DNA of 64,000 nt from Rhodospirillaceae bacterium (GCA_002709955.1 PAQY01000018.1:13508-77507); one strand, 5' to 3'; shown: positions 27,788 to 39,876, counted from the first letter of the stretch. A program made the numbers and translations. Notes: generated from the sequence alone by a model not told the origin.

Positions 27788-28591
27788 CTAGTCCGCCTGC
27801 CCAAGGGAACGCGGTTGCGTCAGTCCACGGCTGGATTGCGCCTGCACAAAATCCACGATCTGTTTCACAGCCTCGTCCGTGCCAAAGATTTCAGCGACAT
27901 CTGCGACACGTTCCTTGATCGTGCCTTCATCCGCGAACAGCATGCGATAGGCAGACCGCATCCTGTGGATGGTTTCTTTATCAAAGCCGCGTCGCTTCAG
28001 GCCAACCACATTCAATCCGCACAGGCTGGCCCGATCGCCCATTACGGAACCATAGGGAATGACATCATTTTCAACGCCAGACATGCCGCCAATCATGGCA
28101 TGGGGGCCGATACGGACGAATTGATGGACCGCTGACAAGCCGCCGATAATGGCAAAATCCCCAACCGTGACATGTCCTGCCAGGGTCGCATTATTGGCCA
28201 GAATGACATTATTTCCGACCAGGCAGTCATGGGCGACATGCGCGCCCACCATGAACAGGCAATCATCCCCGACCCGGGTCAGCAATCCGCCGCCCTCAGT
28301 TCCAGGATTCATCGTCACATATTCACGGATCTTATTCCGCTTCCCGATTTCCAGGAAAGACTCCTCCCCACGATACTTCAAATCCTGTGGGGCCATACCG
28401 ATGCTGGCGAAGGGGAAGATTTCCGACCCCTCCCCTATCTTCGTGCGACCATCGATCACGACGTGTGAATGCAAATGGACGTTTGCCTCCAACACGACAT
28501 TCGGGCCGATGCTGCAAAATGGTCCCACATGGACGCTGTCGGCCAAGGTTGCCAAAGGATCAACAATGGCGCTGGGATGGATATTGGTCAT
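27788..28591 (-). CDS. lpxA: UDP-N-acetylglucosamine acyltransferase
   Basis: Hexapeptide repeats; PQDLKY, HVAHDC and HQFVRIG motifs. Confidence 0.97.
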   Translation of the reverse strand: MTNIHPSAIVDPLATLADSVHVGPFCSIGPNVVLEANVHLHSHVVIDGRTKIGEGSEIFPFASIGMAPQDLKYRGEESFLEIGKRNKIREYVTMNPGTEGGGLLTRVGDDCLFMVGAHVAHDCLVGNNVILANNATLAGHVTVGDFAIIGGLSAVHQFVRIGPHAMIGGMSGVENDVIPYGSVMGDRASLCGLNVVGLKRRGFDKETIHRMRSAYRMLFADEGTIKERVADVAEIFGTDEAVKQIVDFVQAQSSRGLTQPRSLGQAD

Positions 28592-28607
28592 TAAATGGGT
28601 CCTGACC

Positions 28608-29075
28608 CTAGGGTTTATCCCGTATCATGGCGGAAAATGTAGCTTCTGCGACGACCTTGCCATCGACACGGGCTTCCCCACGGAACTTCCACACCTGGCC
28701 CCTGTTCTGCTTTTTGACGACATGAACTTCCATTCGGTCGCCGGGAACAACGGGGCGACGGAATTTCGCCTCTTCGATAGACATGAAATAGACCAGCTTC
28801 CCCTCAGATTCCGGGCCCAGGCTGGTTACGACCATGACGCCGGCAGTCTGTGCCATGCTTTCAATGATCAAAACGCCTGGCATTACAGGCTTTCCTGGGA
28901 AATGTCCTTGAAAATGGGGTTCCCCGATGGACACACATTTGATACCGACGGCGCTTTCGTAAGGCACGACATTATCAATTCGGTCAATCATCAGAAATGG
29001 ATAGCGATGGGGAATACGCTCCATCACCTTTAATACATCAATGTCATCCAAGTAATCTGTTTTTATGTCATCCAT
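28608..29075 (-). CDS. fabZ: 3-hydroxyacyl-ACP dehydratase
   Basis: PHRYPFLMID and GHFPGKPVMPGV motifs. Confidence 0.97.
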   Translation of the reverse strand: MDDIKTDYLDDIDVLKVMERIPHRYPFLMIDRIDNVVPYESAVGIKCVSIGEPHFQGHFPGKPVMPGVLIIESMAQTAGVMVVTSLGPESEGKLVYFMSIEEAKFRRPVVPGDRMEVHVVKKQNRGQVWKFRGEARVDGKVVAEATFSAMIRDKP

Positions 29076-29089
29076 GATTCGCTCATCTC

Positions 29090-30118
29090 TTATTTATTAT
29101 TCTGCCCCTTACGCATCAACGCCGTTACAAATGCATGCTGTTTCAGCCATTGGCGCATTGATGTTGCGGGATAGCCGCCCACCTTCTCCCCAGGCTCAAC
29201 ATTGCCGATCACGCCGCTCTTTGCCGCCACTTGTGCGCCGTCGCCGATTGTAAGGTGCCCAGCAATGCCAGATTGCGCGCCACAGGCCACAAAATCGCCC
29301 AGCTTTGTGCTGCCTGCAATACCGGATTGCCCCGCCAGAACACAGCCGCGTCCTAAGACAACGTTGTGCCCGATTTGGACAAGGTTATCAATCTTGCAGC
29401 CATCACCAATTACGGTGTCTGGGCCCATGCCACGGTCGATGGCCGTATTGGCACCAATTTCAACATAGTTTCCGATTCTAACGCTGCCGGTCTGGGGGAT
29501 ATCCAGATGCCCGCGACCGCTCATCGCGAAACCAAATCCGCGCGTACCGATGCGCGCACCAGGTAGAATCTGGCACCCCTCCCCAATATCGGCATAGCCA
29601 ATATAGACATTGGGGCCAATTCGGCTGTGCGCGCCTATGGTAACACCTGTATCGATAACGGAATTGGCACCGATCACAACGCCCGCCCCCAGCACGACAT
29701 GCGCCGCGATACTGGCCCCGGCTTCTAATCGGACGCTGGGATCAATGGTGGCAGTTTCATCTATATGGGCCGTTGGATGCAAAAAGGGCTCAACAGGCGG
29801 AAGTGGATAGAACAGTTGGGAAATGCGTGCAAAATCGTAATAAGGATCTTTGGAAATCAGGGCAATTGTCTCGGATGGCAGGAGTGTAGCATCCTGCCTG
29901 GTCACCAAAACAGCGACCGCTTTGGTTTTCCCAAGTGCGGACTTATAGCGCCGATTGAAAAAGAAACTTAATGTATCCGGTCCGGCCCCATCCAGAGTCG
30001 CAACATCGTTTATGGAAATATGCGTTTGCGCGTTATCCGCAACGGCGCAGCCGACGGTATCGACCAATTCTTTCAGCAAAAACGGGCCGGCTTTCTGGAA
30101 GAATCGTTTGTCCGCCAT
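29090..30118 (-). CDS. lpxD: UDP-3-O-acylglucosamine N-acyltransferase
   Basis: Hexapeptide repeats; GANTAIDRG and [11 protein letters not shown] motifs. Confidence 0.96.
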   Translation of the reverse strand: MADKRFFQKAGPFLLKELVDTVGCAVADNAQTHISINDVATLDGAGPDTLSFFFNRRYKSALGKTKAVAVLVTRQDATLLPSETIALISKDPYYDFARISQLFYPLPPVEPFLHPTAHIDETATIDPSVRLEAGASIAAHVVLGAGVVIGANSVIDTGVTIGAHSRIGPNVYIGYADIGEGCQILPGARIGTRGFGFAMSGRGHLDIPQTGSVRIGNYVEIGANTAIDRGMGPDTVIGDGCKIDNLVQIGHNVVLGRGCVLAGQSGIAGSTKLGDFVACGAQSGIAGHLTIGDGAQVAAKSGVIGNVEPGEKVGGYPATSMRQWLKQHAFVTALMRKGQNNK

Positions 30119-30132
30119 ATAAACCGTCGATG

Positions 30133-30729
30133 CTATTGGGCGGGAGGGACGGTGAATTCGATTGTCTGAACGCGTTTATCCAGCCGTTCAATCACGATAT
30201 CGGTGATTTCGATATCATCGGTCGCCAATACGATGGTTGGATCCCCCAGGGAGCGATCCAGGATCAAGTTGATGCCATTACTTGTAGCGATTTCACCAAC
30301 AATTTCGCGATAGTAAGTTACGATTTGGCCTTTTGCTTCTGCCAACGCTTTTTCCATCGCCTGCTTGCGTTCCGCAGCCTTTTTGTTGGACTGCTGCAGT
30401 CGTTCTTCAAATTCCTTACGCTTTGCGGCAAAAGCGTCTGCGGAAAGAATGGCTTGCTGTTGCTGCAAGGCCTTTCCGTCCTCTTCCAGACTGGCCTGCA
30501 TTTGGCGCAATTCGGTCAGCGTCGCTTCATTTGCTTGCTTGAATTTGGCGCGCAAATCCTGCCAAACAAGGGCCCGCCGCTCAATTTCCGGGACATCCAG
30601 CACAGCGATTTTGGGGGCGGCAACATCTTGCGCATACGAAATAACAGGGGTGACGGCACTGTATCCAACGGTGATCAGCCCCATAATCAGGGCCAATCCA
30701 GCCGCTGATAGCGGCATAAAGCGGATCAT
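30133..30729 (-). CDS. skp: Periplasmic chaperone Skp/OmpH
   Basis: Signal peptide, KIAVLD and coiled coil; between bamA and lpxD. Confidence 0.88.
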   Translation of the reverse strand: MIRFMPLSAAGLALIMGLITVGYSAVTPVISYAQDVAAPKIAVLDVPEIERRALVWQDLRAKFKQANEATLTELRQMQASLEEDGKALQQQQAILSADAFAAKRKEFEERLQQSNKKAAERKQAMEKALAEAKGQIVTYYREIVGEIATSNGINLILDRSLGDPTIVLATDDIEITDIVIERLDKRVQTIEFTVPPAQ

Positions 30730-30730
30730 G

Positions 30731-33208
30731 TTAGAACCTCGTTCCGAAGTTGAAGCGGAAAATTTCAGTATCATCGAAATCTTCCTTTAACACGGCCTGG
30801 GAGAAATCAACCCGTATAGGGCCAAATGGTGAGATCCATTTGATTCCGGTCCCCACTGACGCGCGTATTGATCCCGTATCCTGAATGCTCGCTCCACCGG
30901 AATCAACCCCGGAAAGATAACCAGCATCGGTAAAGACGGCACCAGAGATACCGAATTCATCCGGAAGTCCAAGCGGGAATACCAATTCAAGTGACCCATT
31001 CGCCATGCGTTCCCCCCCAAGGGAGTCACCGCTGATTGAGTCGCGTGGGCCAGCCCCGCCATTTGCGAAACCGCGCAGATTGTCCCCACCCAACAGGAAG
31101 CGGTCGTTCAAGCGGATATCATCGCCCAAGCCAATCAATGACCCGACTTCAGCGCGGGTCACCAAACGCATTTCATCGGTAATCGGCAGATAATGGGATC
31201 CCGACAGGGTGGATTTAAGAAAACGCACAGACCCGCCAAAACCGGCAAGATCAGTTCCCAGCGCGATAAGGTACCCATCTGTCGGGTCCAAACGGCTGTT
31301 CAGCTTATCATAGGTAAGTGTCTGCCCAAAGGTTGATACAAGATCATCCCCAGCAGACGCCTTCACGAATGTACTGGCATTGGGATCAACGTTTTCAATG
31401 GTTTCCTGGGACAGGCGATAGCGAACCTGTTGCCGCCAGTCTTCATTGAAATCATATCCAAGGCGAACGCCCGCGCCGGTTTCCTGACTGTCATAGGAGG
31501 CAATATCCTGCCGGTCGATCACTGTATGGAACAGGTCAAATCCGGCGGCCAGTTCCCGATCCAGGAAATAGGGTTCGGTGAAGGAGAAATCGATGGTCGT
31601 GCGGCGCTGTGACAGTGTTGTCCCCAAGCGAAGATCTTGACCCCGACCCAGCAGATTGCGTTCCCGCATCTGGATTTCACCCAAGGCACCATCGGCGGTC
31701 GAGAACCCTGCCCCGATGGACAGTTCCCCGGTTGACTGTTCTTCAACATCAACCATCACAACGGTCTTGTCAGGGTCAGAACCAGGAACGTTGGTCACTT
31801 CAACATTAGAGAAGAAATTCAGATCCTCAATACGCTGGCGAGAGCGGCGCAATTTGGTGGCGTTAAAGGCATCGCCTTCCACCAGCAGGAATTCGCGACG
31901 AACGACCTCGTCCAGGGTGCGCACATTGCCGCGCACTTCAATACGCTCCACAAAAACGCGCGGGGCTTCCTGAATTTCAAAGGTGATATCAATTGTGAGT
32001 ACTTCATTATCGCGGTTTACGTTGGGCCGGACATCCACAAACGCATAGCCCAAATCGCCCACGGCGTTTGTAATGGCGACGATTGTGTCATCCACGGCAT
32101 CAGCATTGTACCAATCGCCGGTTTCCAACTCGATCACGGGCTTAAGGGTTTCCGGATCAATATCAGGAATCTTGGACGTCAGATCAAATTCACCAAACTT
32201 ATACCGCTGCCCCTCATCAACCGTGAAGGTGATGAAAAAGTTTTCCTGGTCTTCCGAAAGTTCGGCCACTGCGGAGGAGACACGAAAATCAGCAAATCCA
32301 TTGGCCAGATAGTGACGACGCAGCAATTCACGATCAAAGGTCAGCTTGTCTGGGTCATAGGTGTCTGAACTGGACAGGAAGCGATACCAACGGGATTCCT
32401 TGGTGACCAACACTTCCCGCAAGGCGCTGTCAGAGAAATACCGATTCCCAACGAACCCGATATTTTCAATACCCGTTAATGCGCCCTCACGAATTTCGAA
32501 GACCAGATCGACACGGTTCTGCTCCAATTGGATAACCTTGGGCTCCACCATTGCCGCGAAACGACCATTGCGCCGATACAGATCAATGATTCGCTGAACA
32601 TCCGTTTGAACCCGGGTGCGCGTATAGACAACACGCGGACGCAATTGGGTTTCCGTCTGCAGCGTTTCATCATCCAGACGCTGGTTCCCCTCAAACGCAA
32701 TGCGGTTGATGATGGGGTTTTCCACCACGCGAATGGCCAAGGTGCTGCCGCTCATCTGCATGCTGACATCGGCAAACAAGCCAGTGGCGAACAGGGTTTT
32801 CAAGGCGTTGTTCACACCGCGAGAATCGATCTGATCGCCTTCCCGCACGCCGATATAGGACAGAACGGTTTCACGCTCGATCCGCTGTGTGCCTTCAACT
32901 TCTATGCGCGTGATCGTCGGGGATCCGGGCTGAACCGTGTTTGAGCCTGACCCAGAGACACCCGGTGCTGTCCCCTGCGGCTGCGGGGCAACAATTGGGG
33001 GCACGGTTTGTGCCATGGCGTGATCAATTGAAACTGTCAGCGGCAGAAGAAACGCGACAAATCCACAGGCCAGCCGGAACACACCACGCGACCCGGCGTG
33101 ACCCTTTAGCGGAGCCTTATAAGGTCCGTCAGTCACACCTAATCTCGCAAGGTCCGCTTGCGCAATCTCAAGGCCGAAACCGTTGTTGGAATTGTTCCTC
33201 ACCCACAC
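30731..33208 (-). CDS. bamA: Outer membrane protein assembly factor BamA (start uncertain)
   Basis: POTRA repeats, LRGF loop, C-terminal FRFNFGTRF. Confidence 0.96.
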   Translation of the reverse strand: MWVRNNSNNGFGLEIAQADLARLGVTDGPYKAPLKGHAGSRGVFRLACGFVAFLLPLTVSIDHAMAQTVPPIVAPQPQGTAPGVSGSGSNTVQPGSPTITRIEVEGTQRIERETVLSYIGVREGDQIDSRGVNNALKTLFATGLFADVSMQMSGSTLAIRVVENPIINRIAFEGNQRLDDETLQTETQLRPRVVYTRTRVQTDVQRIIDLYRRNGRFAAMVEPKVIQLEQNRVDLVFEIREGALTGIENIGFVGNRYFSDSALREVLVTKESRWYRFLSSSDTYDPDKLTFDRELLRRHYLANGFADFRVSSAVAELSEDQENFFITFTVDEGQRYKFGEFDLTSKIPDIDPETLKPVIELETGDWYNADAVDDTIVAITNAVGDLGYAFVDVRPNVNRDNEVLTIDITFEIQEAPRVFVERIEVRGNVRTLDEVVRREFLLVEGDAFNATKLRRSRQRIEDLNFFSNVEVTNVPGSDPDKTVVMVDVEEQSTGELSIGAGFSTADGALGEIQMRERNLLGRGQDLRLGTTLSQRRTTIDFSFTEPYFLDRELAAGFDLFHTVIDRQDIASYDSQETGAGVRLGYDFNEDWRQQVRYRLSQETIENVDPNASTFVKASAGDDLVSTFGQTLTYDKLNSRLDPTDGYLIALGTDLAGFGGSVRFLKSTLSGSHYLPITDEMRLVTRAEVGSLIGLGDDIRLNDRFLLGGDNLRGFANGGAGPRDSISGDSLGGERMANGSLELVFPLGLPDEFGISGAVFTDAGYLSGVDSGGASIQDTGSIRASVGTGIKWISPFGPIRVDFSQAVLKEDFDDTEIFRFNFGTRF

Positions 33209-33375
33209 GCCCTTTTTTCAAGCAACCGCACACAAAACGAGACTCACCTGATTCAGCTTACACTGATCAATGCACTGTTCATACCCTATACTGAGTCCAG
33301 ATTAAACCGGAAAATGCGCTATGAATCAAATTGCTTAGCCCGGATTCGTTATGTTCTCAAAAAGTCAGAGGACCG

Positions 33376-34482
33376 CTATCCAGAGAAGCCCAGCAAAGCG
33401 GGGAGTTTCAGATCATTCAGGGTCACAAGGATCATGACGCCCAACAACAAGGCCAGGCCAGCGCGTAACATATATTCCTGCATACGCTCGTTCATCGGTT
33501 TTCCGCGCACGGCCTCGATCAGATAGAACATCAGGTGCCCCCCATCCAGCATCGGGATAGGCAACAGGTTCAACAGCCCCAAATTGATAGACAGAACCGC
33601 CATGAAGACAACCAGATCCAAGGCACCACGCTGGGCCACCTGATTGGACATATCGACGATTTTCACAGGCCCGCCCATATCATCCAAACTGCGATCGCCG
33701 GTAATAATCTCCCCAATCGCAGACAGGGTCAGGATGCTGTAGTCCCAAGTTCGCTCTGCTGCCATGCCAACAGATTGCAGAGGGCCAAAGGTCACGACCT
33801 GAAACGGGGCATGGATGCCAATCAGATAGGTTGACGAAGCCTCGTTAAAATTAGGCTGTAATCTTTTGGTCAGCACCAGTCCGTCCCGGTCGACTTTCAG
33901 CAGAAGCTCCCGCCCCTCGCTGGCCTGGACGGCTTCGACCAGACTTGACCAGTCTGGAATATCACGGCCATCGATGGAAAGAATGCGATCCCCTTCCATC
34001 AATCCGGCCTGCTCGGCGGGGCTGTCGGCAACAATTGCGCCGATGCCATAGGTCGCGACATCTCTGGATTCCCGAACGCCAGCACCACCAAACAGCAACG
34101 CCAAAACCGCGATTGCGAATATGAAATTGGCCATCGGGCCCGCCAGGACAATCGCGAAGCGTTGGGCTAAGGTCTTATGATCAAAGGATACCGCGCGCTC
34201 TTCCTGAGACATCGCCATGCCGGTTTCACCCTGGACGGATTCCATGCTGTGTTCGCCATACATGCGCACATAGCCCCCCAAGGGAACAATGCTGAATTTC
34301 CATCGGGTGCCATGGCTGTCGGTCCAGCCGAACAATTCTTTGCCAAATCCGATTGAGAAGACCTCAATACGAACACCGCACCACCGTGCGACCAGATAAT
34401 GCCCCATTTCATGAACAAAGACCAAAATACAAAAAACAATCACGGCATTGAAATAACCGATGCCACCAATAAAAGAGTCCAT
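33376..34482 (-). CDS. rseP: RIP metalloprotease RseP
   Basis: HEMGH, PDZ domain and NLLPIPMLDGG motif. Confidence 0.96.
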   Translation of the reverse strand: MDSFIGGIGYFNAVIVFCILVFVHEMGHYLVARWCGVRIEVFSIGFGKELFGWTDSHGTRWKFSIVPLGGYVRMYGEHSMESVQGETGMAMSQEERAVSFDHKTLAQRFAIVLAGPMANFIFAIAVLALLFGGAGVRESRDVATYGIGAIVADSPAEQAGLMEGDRILSIDGRDIPDWSSLVEAVQASEGRELLLKVDRDGLVLTKRLQPNFNEASSTYLIGIHAPFQVVTFGPLQSVGMAAERTWDYSILTLSAIGEIITGDRSLDDMGGPVKIVDMSNQVAQRGALDLVVFMAVLSINLGLLNLLPIPMLDGGHLMFYLIEAVRGKPMNERMQEYMLRAGLALLLGVMILVTLNDLKLPALLGFSG

Positions 34483-34497
34483 GTTGGGTCCTTACCT

Positions 34498-35664
34498 TTA
34501 TTCCGCCGCCTGCGCGGTTAATTCCAATGCCCTTGCCCGGGCTTCTTCATCCAGGGCGAAAACATCGTCCAAACTGTTTAATGCGCGCGCTGGAATTGCA
34601 TCAATTACACGTTCGACAGTGTCCCAGATATCACAGAAACGTCCCGTCCCTTTCAGGAACGCCGCAACCGCAACCTCGTTCGCCGCATTCATGATACATG
34701 GGGCATGCGGCCCCGCGATCAAGGCATCCCTGGCCAATCGCAAAGAGGGAAACCGTTCAGGATCAGGCGCTTCGAAATCCAATCGACAGGTTTCCAGAAA
34801 ATTCAGTCTGGCAGACGGGCTTTCCATCCGATTTGGCCAGGCCAGGGTATTGGCAATGGGCGTTCGCATATCGGGGCTGCCCAGCTGGGCCAGAACCGAC
34901 CCATCGGCATATTCAACCATGGAATGGATGACCGATTGCGGGTGTACCACGATCTCAATTTTATCTTCCGGCATATCGAAAAGATAATGTGCTTCAATCA
35001 GTTCCAGCCCTTTATTCATCATACTGGCGGAATCAATGGAGATTTTCGCCCCCATCGCCCAGTTGGGATGGGCAACGGCCTGCTCTGGCGTTGCTGCCGC
35101 CATCTCCACGGCGCTCCAGGTCCGGAACGGGCCACCAGACGCGGTCAGAATCAATCGTGAAATCGCAGCCCTGTTATGCGCTTCGAAGACCTGAAATATC
35201 GCATTATGCTCTGAATCCACCGGCAACAGGGTCGCGCCATGGGTTGCGACCTCCTGCATCATCAAAGGACCGGCTGACACCAGACATTCCTTATTGGCGA
35301 AGGCAACGCAGGTGCCGGTCCGAACCGCCGCCAATGTCGGCTTCAGACCCACGGCACCAACAATGGCGGCCATGACATAGTCCACCGGCTGTGACGCCAG
35401 CTCTATGACCGCCGATTCGCCTGCAACCGCCGTGCAGTCGCTGCCCGCCAATGCCGCCTTCAGGTCATCATACAATGCCTCATCGGCAATGGCGGCAACC
35501 TTTGCCCCAAATGCTCTGGCATCCCGCGCCAGGGCTGCAACATTGCGATGGGCGCTTAATCCATAGACATCAAACTGATCGGGCGCGCGGCGAATAAGGT
35601 CCAGGGTGCTTTGCCCGACAGAGCCGGTTGCGCCCAGAATGGTGACGCGGCGTTTTCCCGTCAT
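34498..35664 (-). CDS. dxr: 1-deoxy-D-xylulose-5-phosphate reductoisomerase
   Basis: GATGSVG, ANKE, PVDSEH and MMNKGLE motifs. Confidence 0.97.
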   Translation of the reverse strand: MTGKRRVTILGATGSVGQSTLDLIRRAPDQFDVYGLSAHRNVAALARDARAFGAKVAAIADEALYDDLKAALAGSDCTAVAGESAVIELASQPVDYVMAAIVGAVGLKPTLAAVRTGTCVAFANKECLVSAGPLMMQEVATHGATLLPVDSEHNAIFQVFEAHNRAAISRLILTASGGPFRTWSAVEMAAATPEQAVAHPNWAMGAKISIDSASMMNKGLELIEAHYLFDMPEDKIEIVVHPQSVIHSMVEYADGSVLAQLGSPDMRTPIANTLAWPNRMESPSARLNFLETCRLDFEAPDPERFPSLRLARDALIAGPHAPCIMNAANEVAVAAFLKGTGRFCDIWDTVERVIDAIPARALNSLDDVFALDEEARARALELTAQAAE

Positions 35665-36524
35665 GGAACCATGCCCCCGAACTCCTGATACAACAACCAC
35701 GGTCCCAGCCCCAGCAAGGACGCGCCCAGAAACCCGTCAAATCGATCCAACAAACCACCATGACCAGGGATCAGGTTCCCGGAATCCTTTCGCCCCGCAC
35801 GGCGCTTCAACCAGGATTCCACCAGATCCCCAATTTGGGAACACACGGACAATCCCGCCAGCATCAGAACCATTTCAAATTCAGAATGCGGCACCAGATC
35901 CCCATGGAACAGATAAATCGTCACCAAGCCCAGAATAATGGCGGAAACCACGCCCCCAATTGCGCCTGACCATGTTTTGTTGGGGCTGACCCTGGGGGCC
36001 AGCTTCGGCCCACCAACAAGGCGTCCTGTGAAATAAGCCCCGATATCGGTTCCAATAACTGCGGGCACCAATAGCAGCAGCGGCGGGATTGTATAAAAAT
36101 CAGCCCGCAATTCAGACAAAACCATTGTCAGACAGGCCAGACAGACCGACGCCGCAGCGACCATTCCCATGGGAAAGGCCCGCTTGCGCGTTGATGCGCC
36201 CCAAGCAACCAGCAGGGTCCCTGCCATCAGCAATAAGGCAACCCACACCGGAAATCCCTGATTTGGCAGGGCCGGTATCATCGCCAACAGACCAAGCGCG
36301 CATAAGCCCATGGCAAGCAAACGGGGGGCAACGCGCTGAACCCCGGTCAGGTCCAGGGCCTCCCAAATCATGCCCGCCGCCATAGCAGCGACAAAGATGA
36401 CAAAGAACGTTCCCCCCATATACAGCTCAACCGCGGCGATCAGAATCAGCACGAATCCAGAAATGGCCCGAACCTTCAGATCAGACGCAAGCTTGGGAGA
36501 AAGTGTGGGGGCCGGATCGGTCAT
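35661..36524 (-). CDS. cdsA: Phosphatidate cytidylyltransferase
   Basis: SPNKTWSG, KDSGNLIPGHGGLLDRFD motifs. Confidence 0.95.
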   Translation of the reverse strand: MTDPAPTLSPKLASDLKVRAISGFVLILIAAVELYMGGTFFVIFVAAMAAGMIWEALDLTGVQRVAPRLLAMGLCALGLLAMIPALPNQGFPVWVALLLMAGTLLVAWGASTRKRAFPMGMVAAASVCLACLTMVLSELRADFYTIPPLLLLVPAVIGTDIGAYFTGRLVGGPKLAPRVSPNKTWSGAIGGVVSAIILGLVTIYLFHGDLVPHSEFEMVLMLAGLSVCSQIGDLVESWLKRRAGRKDSGNLIPGHGGLLDRFDGFLGASLLGLGPWLLYQEFGGMVP

Positions 36525-37273
36525 GCGTAATGCGCGGTCGTGCCATAGCGTCGATCACGGCGGCGGAAATCATCGACCGCCTGCTGAAACGCCGCCTTAT
36601 CAAAATCAGGCCAATAAACATCCGTAAAGAACAGTTCGGCATAGGCACATTGCCACAGCAGGAAATTACTGATCCGCTTTTCACCACTGGTGCGAATAAT
36701 CAGGTCCGGATCGGGTAATCCAACGGACCAGAGGTAATTTTCAAACAGGGCCTCATTCACCGCATCGGGTTCCAGTAGTCCCAATTTTACAGATTGCGCA
36801 ATCCGCCGGGCAGCATCGGTGATTTCTGAGCGACCGCCATAGGACAGCGCAAGCGTCAGGGTCTGGCGTGAATTGTGCTCTGTGGTGCGCTCCGCCTCCT
36901 CAACCAGTTTCTGGATATCAGGGGCCAGGCGTTTACGCTCCCCAATCACCCGAAAGCGGATATTCTTGCCATGCAATTCTGCTATTTCAGACTTCAGATA
37001 GCGACGCAAAAGCCCCATCAGATCACTGATTTCCGTTTCCGGTCGACGCCAGTTTTCGGACGAAAAACTAAACAGGGTCAGATACTCAATCCCCATATCG
37101 CCCGCGGCCTCAACGGCGGATCGCACGGCCTCTGCGCCCTTGCGATGCCCGGCCAGCCGGGGAAGGCCCCGCTGTTTCGCCCAACGACCATTGCCATCCA
37201 TGATGATTGCAACATGTTTTGGCGTGGGTTTCGTGTCGTGATCTGCATTCATGCTAAAGACCATATTGTGCAA
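36521..37273 (-). CDS. uppS: Undecaprenyl diphosphate synthase
   Basis: IIMDGNGRWA, FSSENW and RTSGEKRISNF motifs. Confidence 0.97.
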   Translation of the reverse strand: MHNMVFSMNADHDTKPTPKHVAIIMDGNGRWAKQRGLPRLAGHRKGAEAVRSAVEAAGDMGIEYLTLFSFSSENWRRPETEISDLMGLLRRYLKSEIAELHGKNIRFRVIGERKRLAPDIQKLVEEAERTTEHNSRQTLTLALSYGGRSEITDAARRIAQSVKLGLLEPDAVNEALFENYLWSVGLPDPDLIIRTSGEKRISNFLLWQCAYAELFFTDVYWPDFDKAAFQQAVDDFRRRDRRYGTTAHYA

Positions 37274-37291
37274 AGGTGTATGCGTGCCCCG

Positions 37292-37846
37292 TCAGACCTG
37301 CATGATGTCCTTTTCTTTTTCAGCCAGGGCAGCATCTACCTTGGCGACGAATTCATCGGTCAATTTCTGAATATCATCCTGGCCCTTATGCAATTCGTCC
37401 TGACCGATATCACCGTCTTTTTCTTCGCGTTTCAGGGTATCAATACCGTCACGACGAATATTGCGAATAGCGATTCGGGCCTGTTCCGCATATTTCCCGG
37501 CAACCTTTGTCAATTCGGCCCGGCGTTCCTGGTTCAATTCCGGCAAGGGAATACGCATTACCGTGCCTTCGGTCATGGGGTTCAGGCCCAGATCTGATTC
37601 CCGAATGGCCTTTTCAACAGCCTTTACCATGCTGTTATCCCAGACCGTGACCATCAACATGCGGGGTTCAGGGGCGGAAATGCTGGCCACCTGATTAAGC
37701 GGCATTGACGCACCATAGGCGTCGACATGGATCGGCGTCAGCAGGTCCGTAGAAGCGCGGCCCGTCCGCAAGCCCTGGAATTCCGTCGCCAATGCGTCAA
37801 GTGCCCCATCCATACGACGGCGCAGATCTTTAATTTTTGCAGACAT
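37292..37846 (-). CDS. frr: Ribosome recycling factor
   Basis: LRTGRAS, DLGLNP and IRNIRRD motifs. Confidence 0.97.
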   Translation of the reverse strand: MSAKIKDLRRRMDGALDALATEFQGLRTGRASTDLLTPIHVDAYGASMPLNQVASISAPEPRMLMVTVWDNSMVKAVEKAIRESDLGLNPMTEGTVMRIPLPELNQERRAELTKVAGKYAEQARIAIRNIRRDGIDTLKREEKDGDIGQDELHKGQDDIQKLTDEFVAKVDAALAEKEKDIMQV

Positions 37847-37944
37847 TTCGTTCTTTCCCACTAATCTGGATCCCCTTGGGATCTCTTTGAATGCTTAAAC
37901 CGTGACCCTTTTAACTGGTTTGGCCGGTTGGGTCCAACCGATCA

Positions 37945-38679
37945 TCACACAGCGTCCGTAACAATGGTAAAGCGCCCTTGACCGCACACAACCTTCGCAA
38001 ACGCACCTGGATCATAAAGCGAGAAAACCAGGATCGGAATATTGCGCTCGCGTGACAAAGTTATGGCGGAGGCATCCATGACCTGCAAATCATCCGTTAA
38101 AACCTGATGATAGCTTAACCGGTCATAGCGTTTGGCAGTGCTGTCTTTCATCGGGTCGGCGGAATAAACCCCGTCTACCTTTGTCGCCTTCAACATTGCA
38201 TCGCAATCCATTTCGGATGCGCGCAGGGCAGCTGCTGTATCTGTGGTAAAGAATGGATTTCCGGTGCCAGCGGCGAAAATAACGATGCGGCCCTTTTCCA
38301 TGTGGCGCGTCGCGCGGCGGCGGATATAAGGCTCGCACACTGTTGCCATGGGAATGGCCGATTGAACACGGGTCGGGACGCCCTTGGCCTCAAGCGCCGC
38401 CTGCATTGCCAGGGCATTCATAACCGTGGCCAGCATCCCCATATAGTCGGCTGTCGTGCGCTCCATCCCCTTGGCGGCGCCAGACACGCCCCGAAAAATG
38501 TTACCGCCCCCGATCACCAGACAGATTTCGCATCCCATGGCGCGAACGCTGATAATCTCGTCAGCGATGCGCCCCACTATTTCCGGATCTAAGCCAAATT
38601 CTCTGTCGCCCATCAGGGCCTCGCCGGAGATTTTCAACAAAACACGTTTGTAGACAAGGGTGCCGGTTTCGTTGGGCAT
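37945..38679 (-). CDS. pyrH: UMP kinase
   Basis: [17 protein letters not shown] and [11 protein letters not shown] motifs. Confidence 0.98.
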   Translation of the reverse strand: MPNETGTLVYKRVLLKISGEALMGDREFGLDPEIVGRIADEIISVRAMGCEICLVIGGGNIFRGVSGAAKGMERTTADYMGMLATVMNALAMQAALEAKGVPTRVQSAIPMATVCEPYIRRRATRHMEKGRIVIFAAGTGNPFFTTDTAAALRASEMDCDAMLKATKVDGVYSADPMKDSTAKRYDRLSYHQVLTDDLQVMDASAITLSRERNIPILVFSLYDPGAFAKVVCGQGRFTIVTDAV

Positions 38680-38771
38680 GCATATTCTCCACGGGTCAGG
38701 TCTTTGGGGCGGGATTATTCCAGCGGGCGCATTGTGGCCTGAGCCCCCGATTCAGGCAAAACAAAAGCAAC

Positions 38772-38808
38772 AAAAAAGGGCCGCCCCAATCTGGAAGCGG
38801 CCCCTTTT
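38772..38808 (-). terminator. Intrinsic terminator after tsf
   Basis: GC stem GGGCCGC/GCGGCCC flanked by an A-run (U-tract on minus strand). Confidence 0.75.
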
Positions 38809-38822
38809 AAAGGCGGTCAGGA

Positions 38823-39749
38823 TCAGCCTTTGACGGCGGCTGCGACTTCTGCTGCGAAGTCTTCTTCTTTCTTTTCGATGCCTTCACCCAGGACATAGCG
38901 CGTGAAAGCGCTCAATTTCACAGGGGCACCAACATCCGCTGCGGCGTTTTCCACCACTTTACGAACTCTGGTTTCACCATCGATGACGAAAACCTGTTCC
39001 AGCAGCACCACTTCTTCGTAGTATTTGCGGATACGGCCTTCGACCATTTTTTCGATGATGCTTTCAGGCTTGCCGGATTCGCGGGCCTGTTCGACCAGCA
39101 CGGCGCGTTCCCGTTCCAGATTGCTGGAATCGACATCTTCAATATTCAGGGCTTCCGGCTTAGCCGCTGCAATGTGCATCGCGATCTGTTTGCCCAAAGC
39201 TTCAAGTTTCGCCTTGTCGCCGGTTGATTCCAGGGCGACCAGAACACCGATCTTGCCCAGGCCCGGTGCAACCGCGCTGTGAATATAACCAGCAACCACG
39301 CCATCATTGACCGACAGCGCCGTGCAGCGACGGAAGCTCATATTCTCGCCAATGGTTGCGATGTTATGGGTCAACTGTTCCTGCACCGTGCGTCCGGTTT
39401 CGGGATAGGCTGCGGCCAGAACTTTTTCCGCATTGCCGTTTTCCGCCAATGCGATGCTGGCAACGTCGCTTACAAATGTCTGGAAGCCTTCGTTACGGGC
39501 AACAAAGTCGGTTTCCGCATTGATTTCCAACAGCGCACCACGGGTGCCATCGGTTACGACGGATACCAAGCCATCAGCTGCAATGCGCCCGGCTTTCTTG
39601 GCAGCAGCGGCCAGGCCCTTGGTGCGCAGCCAATCAACTGCGGCATCCATATCGCCATCGGTTTCCGCCAATGCTTTCTTACAATCCATCATGCCTGCGC
39701 CGGTCGTATCGCGCAGTTCCTTCACCATGCTTGCCGAAATCTGGCCCAT
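38823..39749 (-). CDS. tsf: Elongation factor Ts
   Basis: [12 protein letters not shown] and ETDFVA motifs. Confidence 0.98.
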   Translation of the reverse strand: MGQISASMVKELRDTTGAGMMDCKKALAETDGDMDAAVDWLRTKGLAAAAKKAGRIAADGLVSVVTDGTRGALLEINAETDFVARNEGFQTFVSDVASIALAENGNAEKVLAAAYPETGRTVQEQLTHNIATIGENMSFRRCTALSVNDGVVAGYIHSAVAPGLGKIGVLVALESTGDKAKLEALGKQIAMHIAAAKPEALNIEDVDSSNLERERAVLVEQARESGKPESIIEKMVEGRIRKYYEEVVLLEQVFVIDGETRVRKVVENAAADVGAPVKLSAFTRYVLGEGIEKKEEDFAAEVAAAVKG

Positions 39750-39876
39750 GGAATTGCTCCTCTCGTCTCTCGGTTCAAAATGTTAGGCTACGGGAACAAC
39801 TGTTCGCCGCGCGTCCCGTCGCTGTGCCACAAAATTGTGACAAAGTGACGGTCGCGACAAATATTCCCGACGATCC